Shown here: positions 15,840-24,892 of the stretch, piece by piece | Layout: the number at the start of each line of letters is the position of its first letter | Numbering within the stretch: position 1 is the stretch's first letter | Source of the DNA: Oscillospiraceae bacterium | GTDB lineage: Bacteria > Bacillota > Clostridia > Oscillospirales > Acutalibacteraceae | Direction of reading: 5' to 3' | Assembly: GCA_015066205.1 (NCBI GenBank) | Contig: SVOV01000002.1 | Location: 1 to 32,000 of the forward strand | DNA length: 32,000 nt | Position numbers and translations under genes: made by a program | The notes under the pieces: model-generated | What the model saw: the letters and a program-made list of their open reading frames with translations, nothing else | What the model was told of the DNA's origin: nothing | Database searches by the model: none

Positions 15840-16949
15840 ATGGAAGAAGCAAAAAGAGGCAGACAAGATAACCAAAAGATGAAGGCATACCTTGTTATGC
15901 GCTTACTTCAGAAGAACACGGATTTTGATAATTTAATGACCTCTGCGCAAATTGCTGAACTCCTGGACAGTTATGGTGTTTCCGCACAAGAGAAGTCAAT
16001 TCAGAGGGATATTAAGGCAATTAACGCAACACTTGAAGTTGAAGAAGCCATTCTGAACGGTGAAGATTATCATATTGATGAAGCACTCGAATATCTTGAA
16101 GAAGACAAAGAAATCAGAAGTATTCAGTACCGAAGCGCAAGTACAACAAAACGCGGATATTATTTTCAAAGAGAAGAAGGCTTTTTTGAATTAATCAGAC
16201 TGCTTCTGGAAAGTGTCTATTCATCAAAATTTATCACAAAAAAAGATGCAGACTACCTTAAAAAATATATTCTGAAAGATGTCAGCAAATTTGATATTAA
16301 AAAGTTAGACCATATTTCACCTATTGTCAGCAAAAGTAAAACCAAAAATTCTCAGGTGTTCGATAATGTTAAAGTGTTAAGTGATGCGATTACCGCAAGA
16401 TGCAAGGTCGAATTTAATTATAATAATTTCTACATTCCAGAAGGGTCAGATAAGCCTAAAACCAAGTACGGCAGAAAAGACGAAAAATACATTGTCAGTC
16501 CGTATCACCTGTTAATCAATGATGGTAATTATTATCTTCTTTGTTTTGATGAAAAGAACAAAAAGAAATGGACTTACCGTGTTGACCGAATGGAAAATGT
16601 AAGTCTGCGAAAAGATGAAAAAAGAGATGGCGCAGAGTGCTTCTATGACTTCAACGCAAATGAATACGCAAAGACAAACTTTTCAATGTTCGAGGGTGAA
16701 AACAAATTTATTACAATCAAGTTTGTAAACACTTGTATGAATGCTGTTGTTGAGAAAATCGGAACAGAAAAAATCACGTATAAAAATTTTGACAACGGAC
16801 ATTTCACCGTAACAATGCGGACTGGTATCAATGAGCAGTTCTACGGTTGGCTTTGTACTTTTGGAAACAGGGCTCAGGTTGTTGAACCGCAGGAGCAAAT
16901 CGATGCATTTAAGGACTACGTAAACAAGATAACATCATTATACGAATGA
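15840..16949 (+). CDS. HTH-WYL-domain transcriptional regulator (BrxR/CapW/PafBC-like architecture)
   Basis: N-terminal HTH (MTSAQIAELLDSYGVSAQEKSIQRDIKAI). WYL core (YIVSPYHLLINDGNYYLLCFDEKNKKKWTYRVDRMENV). The C-terminal extension ends FYGWLCTFGNRAQVVEP. Confidence 0.8.
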   Translation: MEEAKRGRQDNQKMKAYLVMRLLQKNTDFDNLMTSAQIAELLDSYGVSAQEKSIQRDIKAINATLEVEEAILNGEDYHIDEALEYLEEDKEIRSIQYRSASTTKRGYYFQREEGFFELIRLLLESVYSSKFITKKDADYLKKYILKDVSKFDIKKLDHISPIVSKSKTKNSQVFDNVKVLSDAITARCKVEFNYNNFYIPEGSDKPKTKYGRKDEKYIVSPYHLLINDGNYYLLCFDEKNKKKWTYRVDRMENVSLRKDEKRDGAECFYDFNANEYAKTNFSMFEGENKFITIKFVNTCMNAVVEKIGTEKITYKNFDNGHFTVTMRTGINEQFYGWLCTFGNRAQVVEPQEQIDAFKDYVNKITSLYE

Positions 16950-16954
16950 AAAAT

Positions 16955-16979
16955 GCCTGCTTCCGAGCAGGCGTTTTTT
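16955..16979. terminator. Bidirectional terminator between the convergent WYL and integrase genes
   Basis: GCCTGCT-TCCG-AGCAGGC followed by GTTTTTT and preceded by GAAAAAT. Confidence 0.75.
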
Positions 16980-17026
16980 AGTGTTTATTCATATTCATTT
17001 TGTATGTTCGTGTTTCAACAAACTTA

Positions 17027-17926
17027 TCAATAAGATTTATGCTTGTTGACTTCTTCCGCAGTTTCACTCACAAGCATATTGATATAGTTCTGTGTTATCG
17101 CCAGATTACTGTGTCCTAATATCTTCTGGAGAGAAACAACGTTACCGCCGTTCAGAATCCATTGTTTGGCGAAAGTATGTCTGTATCTGTGTATTCCTGT
17201 TGTTTCCACGCCCCTGTTTTTGTTGTAAGTGTAAAGTTGGTTATAACTTGTACTCTTAGTTAGTTGTTTGCCGAATACGTTACAAAACAGAAAATCTTCA
17301 CCCGAATTGTGTTGTCTGTAGGTCAGATATTCCTTCAGAATGTTCGCCATTGTCTGACTTATGGGAACAACAAGAGGCTTTCTGTTTTTTGTTACGTTAA
17401 TACTCAGAATATTATTGAACAGGTCAACATCTTTAACCTTAATGTGTATCAGACTGCGTTGTCTGAGCCCTGTTGAGAACAGAAGGTTCGTCTGCACCCA
17501 ACATTGATATTCTGTAAATTTGCATTTCTTTAAGTCTGGCTTCTGGAGCAAAACCTTAAGTTCCTCATTTGAATATGTTTCAATAGTGTGTTTATCAACC
17601 TTTATTGCCTGCATCTTGAAATACGGAATATAACCTTCGTTCATCCAGAAGTGAAAAGTGGTAATCAAATCACGTAGATATGAATTGACACTTACATCGT
17701 TATCAATAGAACTGCAAAGATAAACAACATAATCCTTGTATGTTTGCTCGGTAATTTCGCTCAGGAGCAGCTCGCGGTCAAAATATTTATAAAACTGAGT
17801 ATAACTTTGCTTGTAGTGATTGATTGTTCCTTGTCGCAGATTTCTCTGTTTACAGTTAAGGATATACTTGTCGCAACCTTGCTCAAAGGTGATTGATACT
17901 TGCCTAATCATTGATAATTTCTTCAT
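17027..17926 (-). CDS. Tyrosine site-specific recombinase (phage-type integrase)
   Basis: 299-aa ORF. TGLRQRS supplies the catalytic Arg, HRYRHTFA the HxxR box, and LGHSNLAITQNYI the His plus Tyr nucleophile. It lies next to the att repeat. Confidence 0.9.
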   Translation of the reverse strand: MKKLSMIRQVSITFEQGCDKYILNCKQRNLRQGTINHYKQSYTQFYKYFDRELLLSEITEQTYKDYVVYLCSSIDNDVSVNSYLRDLITTFHFWMNEGYIPYFKMQAIKVDKHTIETYSNEELKVLLQKPDLKKCKFTEYQCWVQTNLLFSTGLRQRSLIHIKVKDVDLFNNILSINVTKNRKPLVVPISQTMANILKEYLTYRQHNSGEDFLFCNVFGKQLTKSTSYNQLYTYNKNRGVETTGIHRYRHTFAKQWILNGGNVVSLQKILGHSNLAITQNYINMLVSETAEEVNKHKSY

Positions 17927-17955
17927 AAAAACTTGACTCCTACTTGATGTTTTTA

Positions 17956-18005
17956 CTAAAAAACGTTAGACCCATCATGACTTGAAACCGTCAAATGATG
18001 GGTCT
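17956..18005 (-). terminator. Rho-independent terminator of the GGGtGRT gene
   Basis: AGACCCATCAT / ATGATGGGTCT stem (17968-18005). The A-run at 17958-17963 gives a U-run on the - strand. Confidence 0.7.
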
Positions 18006-18048
18006 AATTGTTTATCAATGATTAAATTTTAAGCAAATGCTCAAAAGT

Positions 18049-18145
18049 GGCTTATTTGCTTGCTTCTTCAATAGCAACAGCACATGCAACGGTCATACCA
18101 ACCATGGGGTTGTTACCTGCGCCGATGAGTCCCATCATTTCTACG
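18049..18145. repeat. Direct repeat (att, integrase-proximal copy) forming the functional 3' end of the GGGtGRT gene
   Basis: It matches 8857-8953. All differences are synonymous in the - strand reading frame. Confidence 0.85.
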
Positions 18146-19050
18146 TGAGCGGGAACGGAGGAGGAGCCTGCGAACTGTGCGTCGGAGTGCATTCTGCCCA
18201 TTGTATCTGTCATACCGTAGGAAGCGGGGCCTGCTGCCATATTGTCGGGATGAAGAGTACGGCCTGTGCCGCCGCCTGATGCAACGGAGAAATACTTCTT
18301 GCCGATTTCGTTACATTCCTTCTTATATGTGCCTGCAACGGGATGCTGGAAGCGGGTGGGGTTAGTTGAGTTACCTGTGATGGAAACGTCAACACCTTCG
18401 TGATGCATAATAGCAACGCCTTCACGGACATCGTCTGCACCGAAGCAACGAACCTTAGCTCTGGGGCCGTTTGAATATGCCTTTTCGCTTACGATTTCGA
18501 GCTTACCTGTCATATAATCGAACTTTGTTTCAACGAATGTGAAGCCGTTGATTCTGGAGATTATCTGAGCAGCGTCCTTTCCGAGACCGTTAAGAATAAC
18601 CTGAAGGGGTTCTTTTCTTACCTTGTTTGCGGAATTAGCGATACCGATAGCACCTTCAGCTGCTGCGAAGGATTCGTGACCTGCAAGGAAAGCGAAGCAC
18701 TTTGTTTCTTCTCTTAAAAGCATAGCAGCGAGGTTGCCGTGGCCGAGACCAACCTTTCTGTCATCAGCAACTGAACCGGGGATACAGAAAGCCTGAAGGC
18801 CTTCACCGATAGCTTCAGCAGCGTCAGCTGCCTTTGTGCAGCCCTTCTTGATAGCGATAGCTGTACCTGTGATATATGCCCAGCAAGCATTTTCAAAGCA
18901 GATGGGCTGAATGCTCTTGATAAGGTTATATACATCGATACCCTTATCGTCACAGATCTTCTTTGCTTCTTCGAGAGAGGCAATGCCGTACTTTTCGAGT
19001 GCAACGTTGATCTGGTTAATTCTTCTTTCGTAACTTTCAAATAAAGCCAT
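18052..19050 (-). CDS. GGGtGRT-family protein (conserved, function unknown)
   Basis: 332-aa ORF containing the eponymous SVASGGGTGRTLHPD motif. Confidence 0.85.
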   Translation of the reverse strand: MALFESYERRINQINVALEKYGIASLEEAKKICDDKGIDVYNLIKSIQPICFENACWAYITGTAIAIKKGCTKAADAAEAIGEGLQAFCIPGSVADDRKVGLGHGNLAAMLLREETKCFAFLAGHESFAAAEGAIGIANSANKVRKEPLQVILNGLGKDAAQIISRINGFTFVETKFDYMTGKLEIVSEKAYSNGPRAKVRCFGADDVREGVAIMHHEGVDVSITGNSTNPTRFQHPVAGTYKKECNEIGKKYFSVASGGGTGRTLHPDNMAAGPASYGMTDTMGRMHSDAQFAGSSSVPAHVEMMGLIGAGNNPMVGMTVACAVAIEEASK

Positions 19051-19068
19051 TGTAATATCCTCCCTCTA

Positions 19069-19761
19069 TTATTCTTCACGGGGATCGATGACCTTTGCAG
19101 CATCATCGAATCTGCCGTACTGACCTGTTGCCTTAGCAAGTGCTTCGTTAGCATCCATACCCTTGCGGATAGATTCCATCATCTTTCCGAGGTGAACGAA
19201 TTTATAACCGATAACCTGATCGTCTGCATCAAGAGCCATCTTTGTGATATAGCCTTCAGCAAGCTCAAGGTATCTGGGACCCTTTGCCTTTGTGCTGAAA
19301 AGAGTACCTACCTGGCTTCTGAGACCCTTACCGAGGTCTTCAAGACCTGCGCCGACGGGAAGTCCGCCTTCGGAGAAGGCTGTCTGAGTTCTTCCGTATA
19401 CGATCTGGAGGAAGAGCTCTCTCATAGCTGTGTTGATAGCGTCACAAACAAGGTCTGTGTTAAGAGCTTCAAGAAGAGTCTTTCCGGGAAGAATTTCAGA
19501 TGCCATAGCAGCTGAATGAGTCATACCGGAGCAACCGAGTGTTTCTACAAGAGCTTCTTCAATGATACCGTTCTTAACATTGAGAGTGAGCTTACATGCA
19601 CCCTGCTGAGGAGCACACCAGCCTACACCGTGTGTAAGACCGTTGATATCAGTGATCTGAGTTGAATGAGTCCATGCGCCTTCCTGAGGGATGGGAGCAC
19701 ACTTATGGCTTACACCCTTGGCTACAACGCACATATTCTGTACTTCATGTGAATAGTTCAT
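19069..19761 (-). CDS. IscU/NifU-like (Fe-S scaffold-like) protein, operon partner of the GGGtGRT gene
   Basis: 230-aa ORF. LGCSGMTHSAAMASEILPGKTLLEA resembles the IscU GCGSAIASSS...GK...EA region. It ends 18 nt upstream of the next gene. Confidence 0.6.
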   Translation of the reverse strand: MNYSHEVQNMCVVAKGVSHKCAPIPQEGAWTHSTQITDINGLTHGVGWCAPQQGACKLTLNVKNGIIEEALVETLGCSGMTHSAAMASEILPGKTLLEALNTDLVCDAINTAMRELFLQIVYGRTQTAFSEGGLPVGAGLEDLGKGLRSQVGTLFSTKAKGPRYLELAEGYITKMALDADDQVIGYKFVHLGKMMESIRKGMDANEALAKATGQYGRFDDAAKVIDPREE

Positions 19762-19928
19762 TGGAATTATCTCCTTTCAATTTTCATACCTATACAATTA
19801 TACAAGCATCGGACAAGTTTTTCAAGTATTTTATTAATTGAATTCTGCTCATTTTTCAGCTTTAATATTTACAAATTGTGTATGAATGTGCTAATATAAT
19901 CGGGATTTTTAATTCGTAGGTGACAAAA

Positions 19929-20627
19929 ATGCTCGGCGTAATCATTAACACTTTAACCGTCATTCTCGGAAGCACAATCGGTCTTCTTATGAAAAAGGGA
20001 ATTCCCGAAAGAATTTCCAAGGCGGCAATGACAGCTATCGGTCTTTGCACTCTTTATATCGGAGTTGACGGAGCACTTCAGGGAGAAAATACAATTATAC
20101 TGATTCTTTCCCTTGTTTTCGGTGCTATTGCGGGAACTGCCCTTGACATCGACGGCAGAATAGGACGCCTCGGAGAATTCATAGAGAAAAAAACAAGTTC
20201 CCCGAGCAAAAAGGGAACGGTGGCACAGGGCTTTATTACGGCGTCACTGCTCTTTTGCATCGGTGCTATGACCATTGTAGGCTCACTCAATGCAGGGCTT
20301 TCGGGAGATAATGAGCTTCTTATAACAAAATCTATACTTGACCTCATTTCCTCTTGTATGCTCAGCTGTACTCTCGGAATCGGAGTTATATTTGCCGCCG
20401 TTTTCGTGCTTATATATCAGGGCGGACTTGTGCTTTTAGCCTCTCTTCTGCAAAACATTCTCACAGATACGGCACTTGTGTCGGAGATCACCTGCGCGGG
20501 GTCTGTTATGATAATAGGTCTCGGACTCAACATCCTCGGAATCACAAAGATCAAGGTTGCGGATTTTCTTCCTGCTCTTCTCTTTGTGCCTCTCTTTTAT
20601 TATCTCATCGGTCTTCTTCCCATATAA
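19929..20627 (+). CDS. DUF554-family integral membrane protein (YqgA/YdfK-like)
   Basis: The MLGVIINTLTVILGSTIGLL N-terminus and the polytopic hydrophobic profile fit the family. I prefer ATG 19929 over GTG 19920. Confidence 0.7.
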   Translation: MLGVIINTLTVILGSTIGLLMKKGIPERISKAAMTAIGLCTLYIGVDGALQGENTIILILSLVFGAIAGTALDIDGRIGRLGEFIEKKTSSPSKKGTVAQGFITASLLFCIGAMTIVGSLNAGLSGDNELLITKSILDLISSCMLSCTLGIGVIFAAVFVLIYQGGLVLLASLLQNILTDTALVSEITCAGSVMIIGLGLNILGITKIKVADFLPALLFVPLFYYLIGLLPI

Positions 20628-20632
20628 GTCTT

Positions 20633-20658
20633 CCGACAGCCGAGGCTGTCGGTTTTTT
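20633..20658 (+). terminator. Rho-independent terminator
   Basis: CCGACAGC-CGAG-GCTGTCGG followed by TTTTTT. Confidence 0.85.
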
Positions 20659-20743
20659 AATTGTTCACAAAAATTTTCTTTACTTTATTTTTTTCTTATT
20701 ATATAATTACAATGTATAACTTTATTCCGGGAGGAAACCGAAA

Positions 20744-23700
20744 GTGAAAAAATCAGTATCCTTAAAAATCTTATCTCTGTTTCTTTGCCTTGCGCTCCTT
20801 CTCTCAGCGGCTCCCCTTTCATTTGCCGCAGAAGACAGCACCTTCAGCATTGCAACAGTAAATGACACCCACTATTATACCGAAAAGCTTGCAGGTGATA
20901 AGGGTGAGGCATTTTATACCTATCTTGAGGGACATAACTGTGTCTATAAGGACCTTGACGCCATTCTTGATGCAGCGTTTGCCTCTCTCGAATACGAGGT
21001 TAAGAACAACGGCGTGAAGCACATTGTTCTCGTCGGCGACCTTACAACAAACGGCGAATACGAGGGACATAAGGCTCTCTCGGAAAAACTGCTTGCCTTT
21101 GAAAAGAAAACAGGCGCATCCGTTTATGTCACACCCGGTAATCACGATATAAATAATCCCAGAGCCTCTCAGTTTATCAATAACATAAAAGAACCCGCAA
21201 AAATGACAACAATGTCGGACTTTTATGATATCTATAAGGAGCTGGGCTTCTCTGATGCATATCATCAGTTTACCGATTTTACAGCTGAAAAGGCGGGCTG
21301 TCTTTCCTACTCCGTAAAGACGGGTGACGGCTACAGACTTATTCTTGCCGACGGCGGTAAATTCACTTCCGATATAACAGAGTCGGGCGAAGACAAGCAG
21401 GAAACTGCAGGTGCTTTCACTCCCGAGCTTCTCGAATGGATACTGAAGGAAGCCGAGGATGCGAAAAAGGACGGAGAAACTCCCATCCTCTTTACTCATT
21501 GGAATATGTCGGGAATGAACTATTTCCACGAATTTTTAATGCAGGGCTTTGTTATTGACGACGGCTATAAGCTTCAGGAGATACTCGCCGATGCGGGAAT
21601 AAACTATTCCTTCGGCGGACATCAGCATGTAAGCGATGTCAGCATTACCTATTCGGATTCGGGAAATCCCATGTATTCCGTTATCACTCCCACTCTCACA
21701 CAGTTCCCGTTCTCCTACAGAGTGACAGATTTCAAGAAAAACGCCGAGGGCGGTCTTGATGTTACCTTTAATCAGAGAGAATGTGACGAATACGCTCCTG
21801 TCATAACATCAAAGGGAACAGCATATCCCTCACCCTACAGAAGAACGGGCTTCATCAAGCAGTTCGGCGGGAATGCCGATGCCGCTGACTATATTTTCGG
21901 TATTCTCAAAAGCACTCTCGATAAGTATTTTGACGGTATCAGAAAAGAAGGCAGTATTGTAAAATACATAGAAAAAGAGCTTGAACTTGATATTGAGGCT
22001 CTCGTTGACAGCTATCTTTTCGGCGGTATCAAATTTGAAGGCAAAAATGTTCTTTCGGGCAAAAATGCAATGAGCTTCCTTTCTGACCTTGATACTCAGC
22101 TGATGGAAAAATTCATTTATCCCAAGGAGACCACATATAAGCTCATCAAGGATGCCCTGAGAGAGCTTCTTGATACGGAGATCTCCTCTGTTCCCTGCAC
22201 AAAATTCATTGATACCTACGGCTTCGGTGACGAAAACCATGGCGGCACTCTCGGCGATGCGGTACTCAGCGTTCTTGCTACAATGTATTACGGCAACGAG
22301 GATATATCAGATGACCTTTTCTTACAGGATGTTGTTGAATTCTCAGGCAAGACCGAATTCCTTGACCTTCTTATCTCTCTTGTAAGAGAGCATGTTGTTG
22401 ACAGACTTGTTCTTGATACTATCCTTGCAAATGTTGATTTCAATATAAAGGCTCTCTTTGTTGACGAAACCGCAACCGTCGGTGAATATATTCAGATGAT
22501 ATATACCATCATTCTCGGGCTTCTCGATTCGGGAATCTTAAGCAGCGGTTCAGTCGATGACTTTGTAAAGGCATTCGTCAAAATTGAAAAGAATTTCAAT
22601 GATATTTCACTTAAAAGACTTATTGAAGCTGTTCTCGGCACGGGACTTATCAGCTACGGCTCAACCATAGACGAGCTTATAGATAATCTCCTCGGACAGT
22701 TCTTACCCCTCGGGGCAAGAGAAACAGCCGTTTATCAGGCACAGATAGTTATCGGCGGTATGGTTCAGGACAGCACAAAGGACCACGGCGTAACCTACAC
22801 AAATAACGGTGCCGTCAAGGTCATCCCCACAAAGGAGGATATGCAGCTTCCCGTAAATATGACAATGTCCATGGCAGAAGACAACTCCTCATCCTTTACC
22901 GTAAGCTGGTTTACAAAGTATTCCGTTGAGGGTACAGATATTGAAATCGTAAAGGAAAATGAAGCCTTTACGGGTAAGGCTATGACAGACGGCGTTACCG
23001 CAACAAATGAAAAGGTAATATACAGTGCACCCGGCTTTGATGTTGGCGAATTTTCAATTCTCCCCTATGAAAGAGAGCTTGTCAAGCATACTGTCACAGT
23101 AACGGGACTTGAAGCCGATACGGATTACAAAATCGTTTTCGGTGATTTTACAAAAGGCTTTACTGCCGAGGCTGCTGTTTCCACCGCTCCCGAAAAGGAC
23201 GGCAAGTTCACATTTATTCATGTTTCAGGCTCAGAGGGCTATATCCCCTCTCATTATGAGAATTTCAAAAACACTCTCAATGCGGCAGATGCTCTTTATC
23301 CCGATTCCGACTTTATCGTTCACACAGGCTCTCTTACAAAGAAGCCCGAAAATGACGATCAGTGGTCCTTTGCAATAAGTGCCGCAGAGGATATCTTCAG
23401 CAGTAAGAGATTCGTATACAGTGCCGGCAGCTCCGACAGCGAGGGAAATTCCGAGGTTTCAAAGTATTTCTCCGTAACAACTGCACCCGACCAGCTCGAT
23501 AATTCGGGAGTATATTATTCATACGATTACGGCAATGCTCATTTTATTGTTCTCAATACAAATAATCTCACCTCGGGCGGTGCTCTTTCTCTTGAACAGA
23601 GCGAATGGCTGAGAGATGACCTTACGCAAAGCTCAAAGAAATGGAACATCCTTATAATGCATCAGAGCATTTACGGTGCCGTTTCCGCTCCCGCTCTCAA

Positions 23701-24307
23701 GACTCAGCTTCTTTCAATTATGGAGGACTTTGATATTGACCTTATTCTTCAGGGCAGTGAGAATGTATATGTCAGAACAGATTATATAAGAAACGATTCC
23801 CCCGTGCTTTATAATATAAAAGAGGTGACCGTTGACGGTGCTTCTTACGATGCTTATTCGGATGCAAAGGGTACTGTGGCAGTTATCAGCGGAAATACAG
23901 CAAGTGAATCGGGCGGTGAAATACCCGAGGGCGTATGCTACGATAAGGCTCAGTCCTACGGCTGTCCCATGTTCAGCGCAATTACAATTGACGGTAATGT
24001 TCTTGCAGTTTCAGCCTATACGGTTGAAGACACCAAAACACAGAAGGTCGATTCCTTTGCTGTTGAAAAAGAAAGCAAGGCAATTTTACTTGGCGATGTA
24101 AATTCTGACGGCAGCATCACTGCTTCCGATGCAAGACTTGCTCTCAGATATTCCGTTGACCTCGAAAGCCTCACAAACGCGCAGAAGGCTGCGGCAGAAG
24201 TAAATAACGACAATGCAATTACAGCCGCAGATGCAAGAGCTATTTTAAGAGCCTCCGTAGATCTCGAAGAAATATTCCCCGAATATGTATTCAAACTTGT
24301 CTATTAA
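20744..24307 (+). CDS. Secreted double metallophosphoesterase with C-terminal type I dockerin
   Basis: GTG start after GGAGG, then a signal peptide. The first calcineurin-like domain has VNDTHY, VLVGDLTTNGE, GNHD and GGHQH. A PAP-like Fn3 domain is followed by a second metallophosphatase domain (FIHVSGSEG, YDYGNAHFIVLNT, ILIMHQSIYG). The dockerin duplicated F-hand reads DVNSDGSITASDARLALR / VNNDNAITAADARAILR (nt about 24086-24290). Confidence 0.85.
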   Translation: MKKSVSLKILSLFLCLALLLSAAPLSFAAEDSTFSIATVNDTHYYTEKLAGDKGEAFYTYLEGHNCVYKDLDAILDAAFASLEYEVKNNGVKHIVLVGDLTTNGEYEGHKALSEKLLAFEKKTGASVYVTPGNHDINNPRASQFINNIKEPAKMTTMSDFYDIYKELGFSDAYHQFTDFTAEKAGCLSYSVKTGDGYRLILADGGKFTSDITESGEDKQETAGAFTPELLEWILKEAEDAKKDGETPILFTHWNMSGMNYFHEFLMQGFVIDDGYKLQEILADAGINYSFGGHQHVSDVSITYSDSGNPMYSVITPTLTQFPFSYRVTDFKKNAEGGLDVTFNQRECDEYAPVITSKGTAYPSPYRRTGFIKQFGGNADAADYIFGILKSTLDKYFDGIRKEGSIVKYIEKELELDIEALVDSYLFGGIKFEGKNVLSGKNAMSFLSDLDTQLMEKFIYPKETTYKLIKDALRELLDTEISSVPCTKFIDTYGFGDENHGGTLGDAVLSVLATMYYGNEDISDDLFLQDVVEFSGKTEFLDLLISLVREHVVDRLVLDTILANVDFNIKALFVDETATVGEYIQMIYTIILGLLDSGILSSGSVDDFVKAFVKIEKNFNDISLKRLIEAVLGTGLISYGSTIDELIDNLLGQFLPLGARETAVYQAQIVIGGMVQDSTKDHGVTYTNNGAVKVIPTKEDMQLPVNMTMSMAEDNSSSFTVSWFTKYSVEGTDIEIVKENEAFTGKAMTDGVTATNEKVIYSAPGFDVGEFSILPYERELVKHTVTVTGLEADTDYKIVFGDFTKGFTAEAAVSTAPEKDGKFTFIHVSGSEGYIPSHYENFKNTLNAADALYPDSDFIVHTGSLTKKPENDDQWSFAISAAEDIFSSKRFVYSAGSSDSEGNSEVSKYFSVTTAPDQLDNSGVYYSYDYGNAHFIVLNTNNLTSGGALSLEQSEWLRDDLTQSSKKWNILIMHQSIYGAVSAPALKTQLLSIMEDFDIDLILQGSENVYVRTDYIRNDSPVLYNIKEVTVDGASYDAYSDAKGTVAVISGNTASESGGEIPEGVCYDKAQSYGCPMFSAITIDGNVLAVSAYTVEDTKTQKVDSFAVEKESKAILLGDVNSDGSITASDARLALRYSVDLESLTNAQKAAAEVNNDNAITAADARAILRASVDLEEIFPEYVFKLVY

Positions 24308-24324
24308 AAAGAGGTGCAAAAATT

Positions 24325-24573
24325 ATGATAAAGAATTATATATATAAAGCAATTTTTTGCGCAATATCGGTGGTTGTTGTTTTTTGTATTGCAGGCAGAT
24401 TTGTAAGTAACTCAGGTATTGATGATATGATATACATAATGCTTATAATAGTTATTGCTCTTCTGGTTTTCCTGGTGATAATCTCAGTTGGTATTTATAA
24501 AAGAATAGATGTTCTTTATTATGGGGAAGCAGAACAGAAATCAACAGAAAAAGACAATTTAAGGCATCAATAA
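24325..24573 (+). CDS. Small membrane protein (82 aa, two hydrophobic helices)
   Basis: RBS AGAGGTG upstream of the ATG. It starts 17 nt after the preceding stop. Confidence 0.6.
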   Translation: MIKNYIYKAIFCAISVVVVFCIAGRFVSNSGIDDMIYIMLIIVIALLVFLVIISVGIYKRIDVLYYGEAEQKSTEKDNLRHQ

Positions 24574-24681
24574 GACTTGAGTGTGCTTCATAAGCTTGTT
24601 TGTTCCGTTCTTATAAGAAAAAACTTGTGATTTGACCCCTTCATCAAAACTTGGAAGACTGCAAGGGGCCTGATATGTAAT

Positions 24682-24717
24682 AATCGGTCAAGTATCCTTA
24701 CGGGTACTTGACCGATT
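24682..24717 (+). terminator. Strong hairpin, probable operon terminator
   Basis: AATCGGTCAAGTATCC-TTAC-GGGTACTTGACCGATT, a 16-bp stem with one G-U pair. The tail is only moderately T-rich. Confidence 0.55.
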
Positions 24718-24830
24718 ATGTTGTCTTTATTTAATCAGAATGTTATGTTTTCAAGATCGAGCTTGCCGTAATAGACATTATTAAAACAGTATCTCGTATA
24801 CCATATCTATTTTTTAATTATCTTTATTCC

Positions 24831-24859
24831 TTGACAAGTTTTCAAGGAAGAAATACAAT
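24831..24859 (+). promoter_or_regulatory. Sigma-A-type promoter of the sigma-factor gene
   Basis: TTGACA (24831-24836), a 17-nt spacer, then TACAAT (24854-24859). The -35 is embedded in the inverted repeat CCTTGA...TCAAGG. Confidence 0.55.
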
Positions 24860-24892
24860 AAAATCAGAATATCAAGGAAAGGAGAATGAATT

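Larger units (their letters stand above)
8857..18145. mobile_element. Integrative element (~9.2 kb) inserted in the 3' end of the GGGtGRT gene
   Basis: It is flanked by the direct repeats 8857-8953 and 18049-18145. The tyrosine integrase gene is adjacent to the reconstituted target gene. Content is typical of an integrative element: regulators, a rep-like gene, recombinases and nucleases. The interior is visibly AT-richer than the flanking core genes. Confidence 0.85.
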
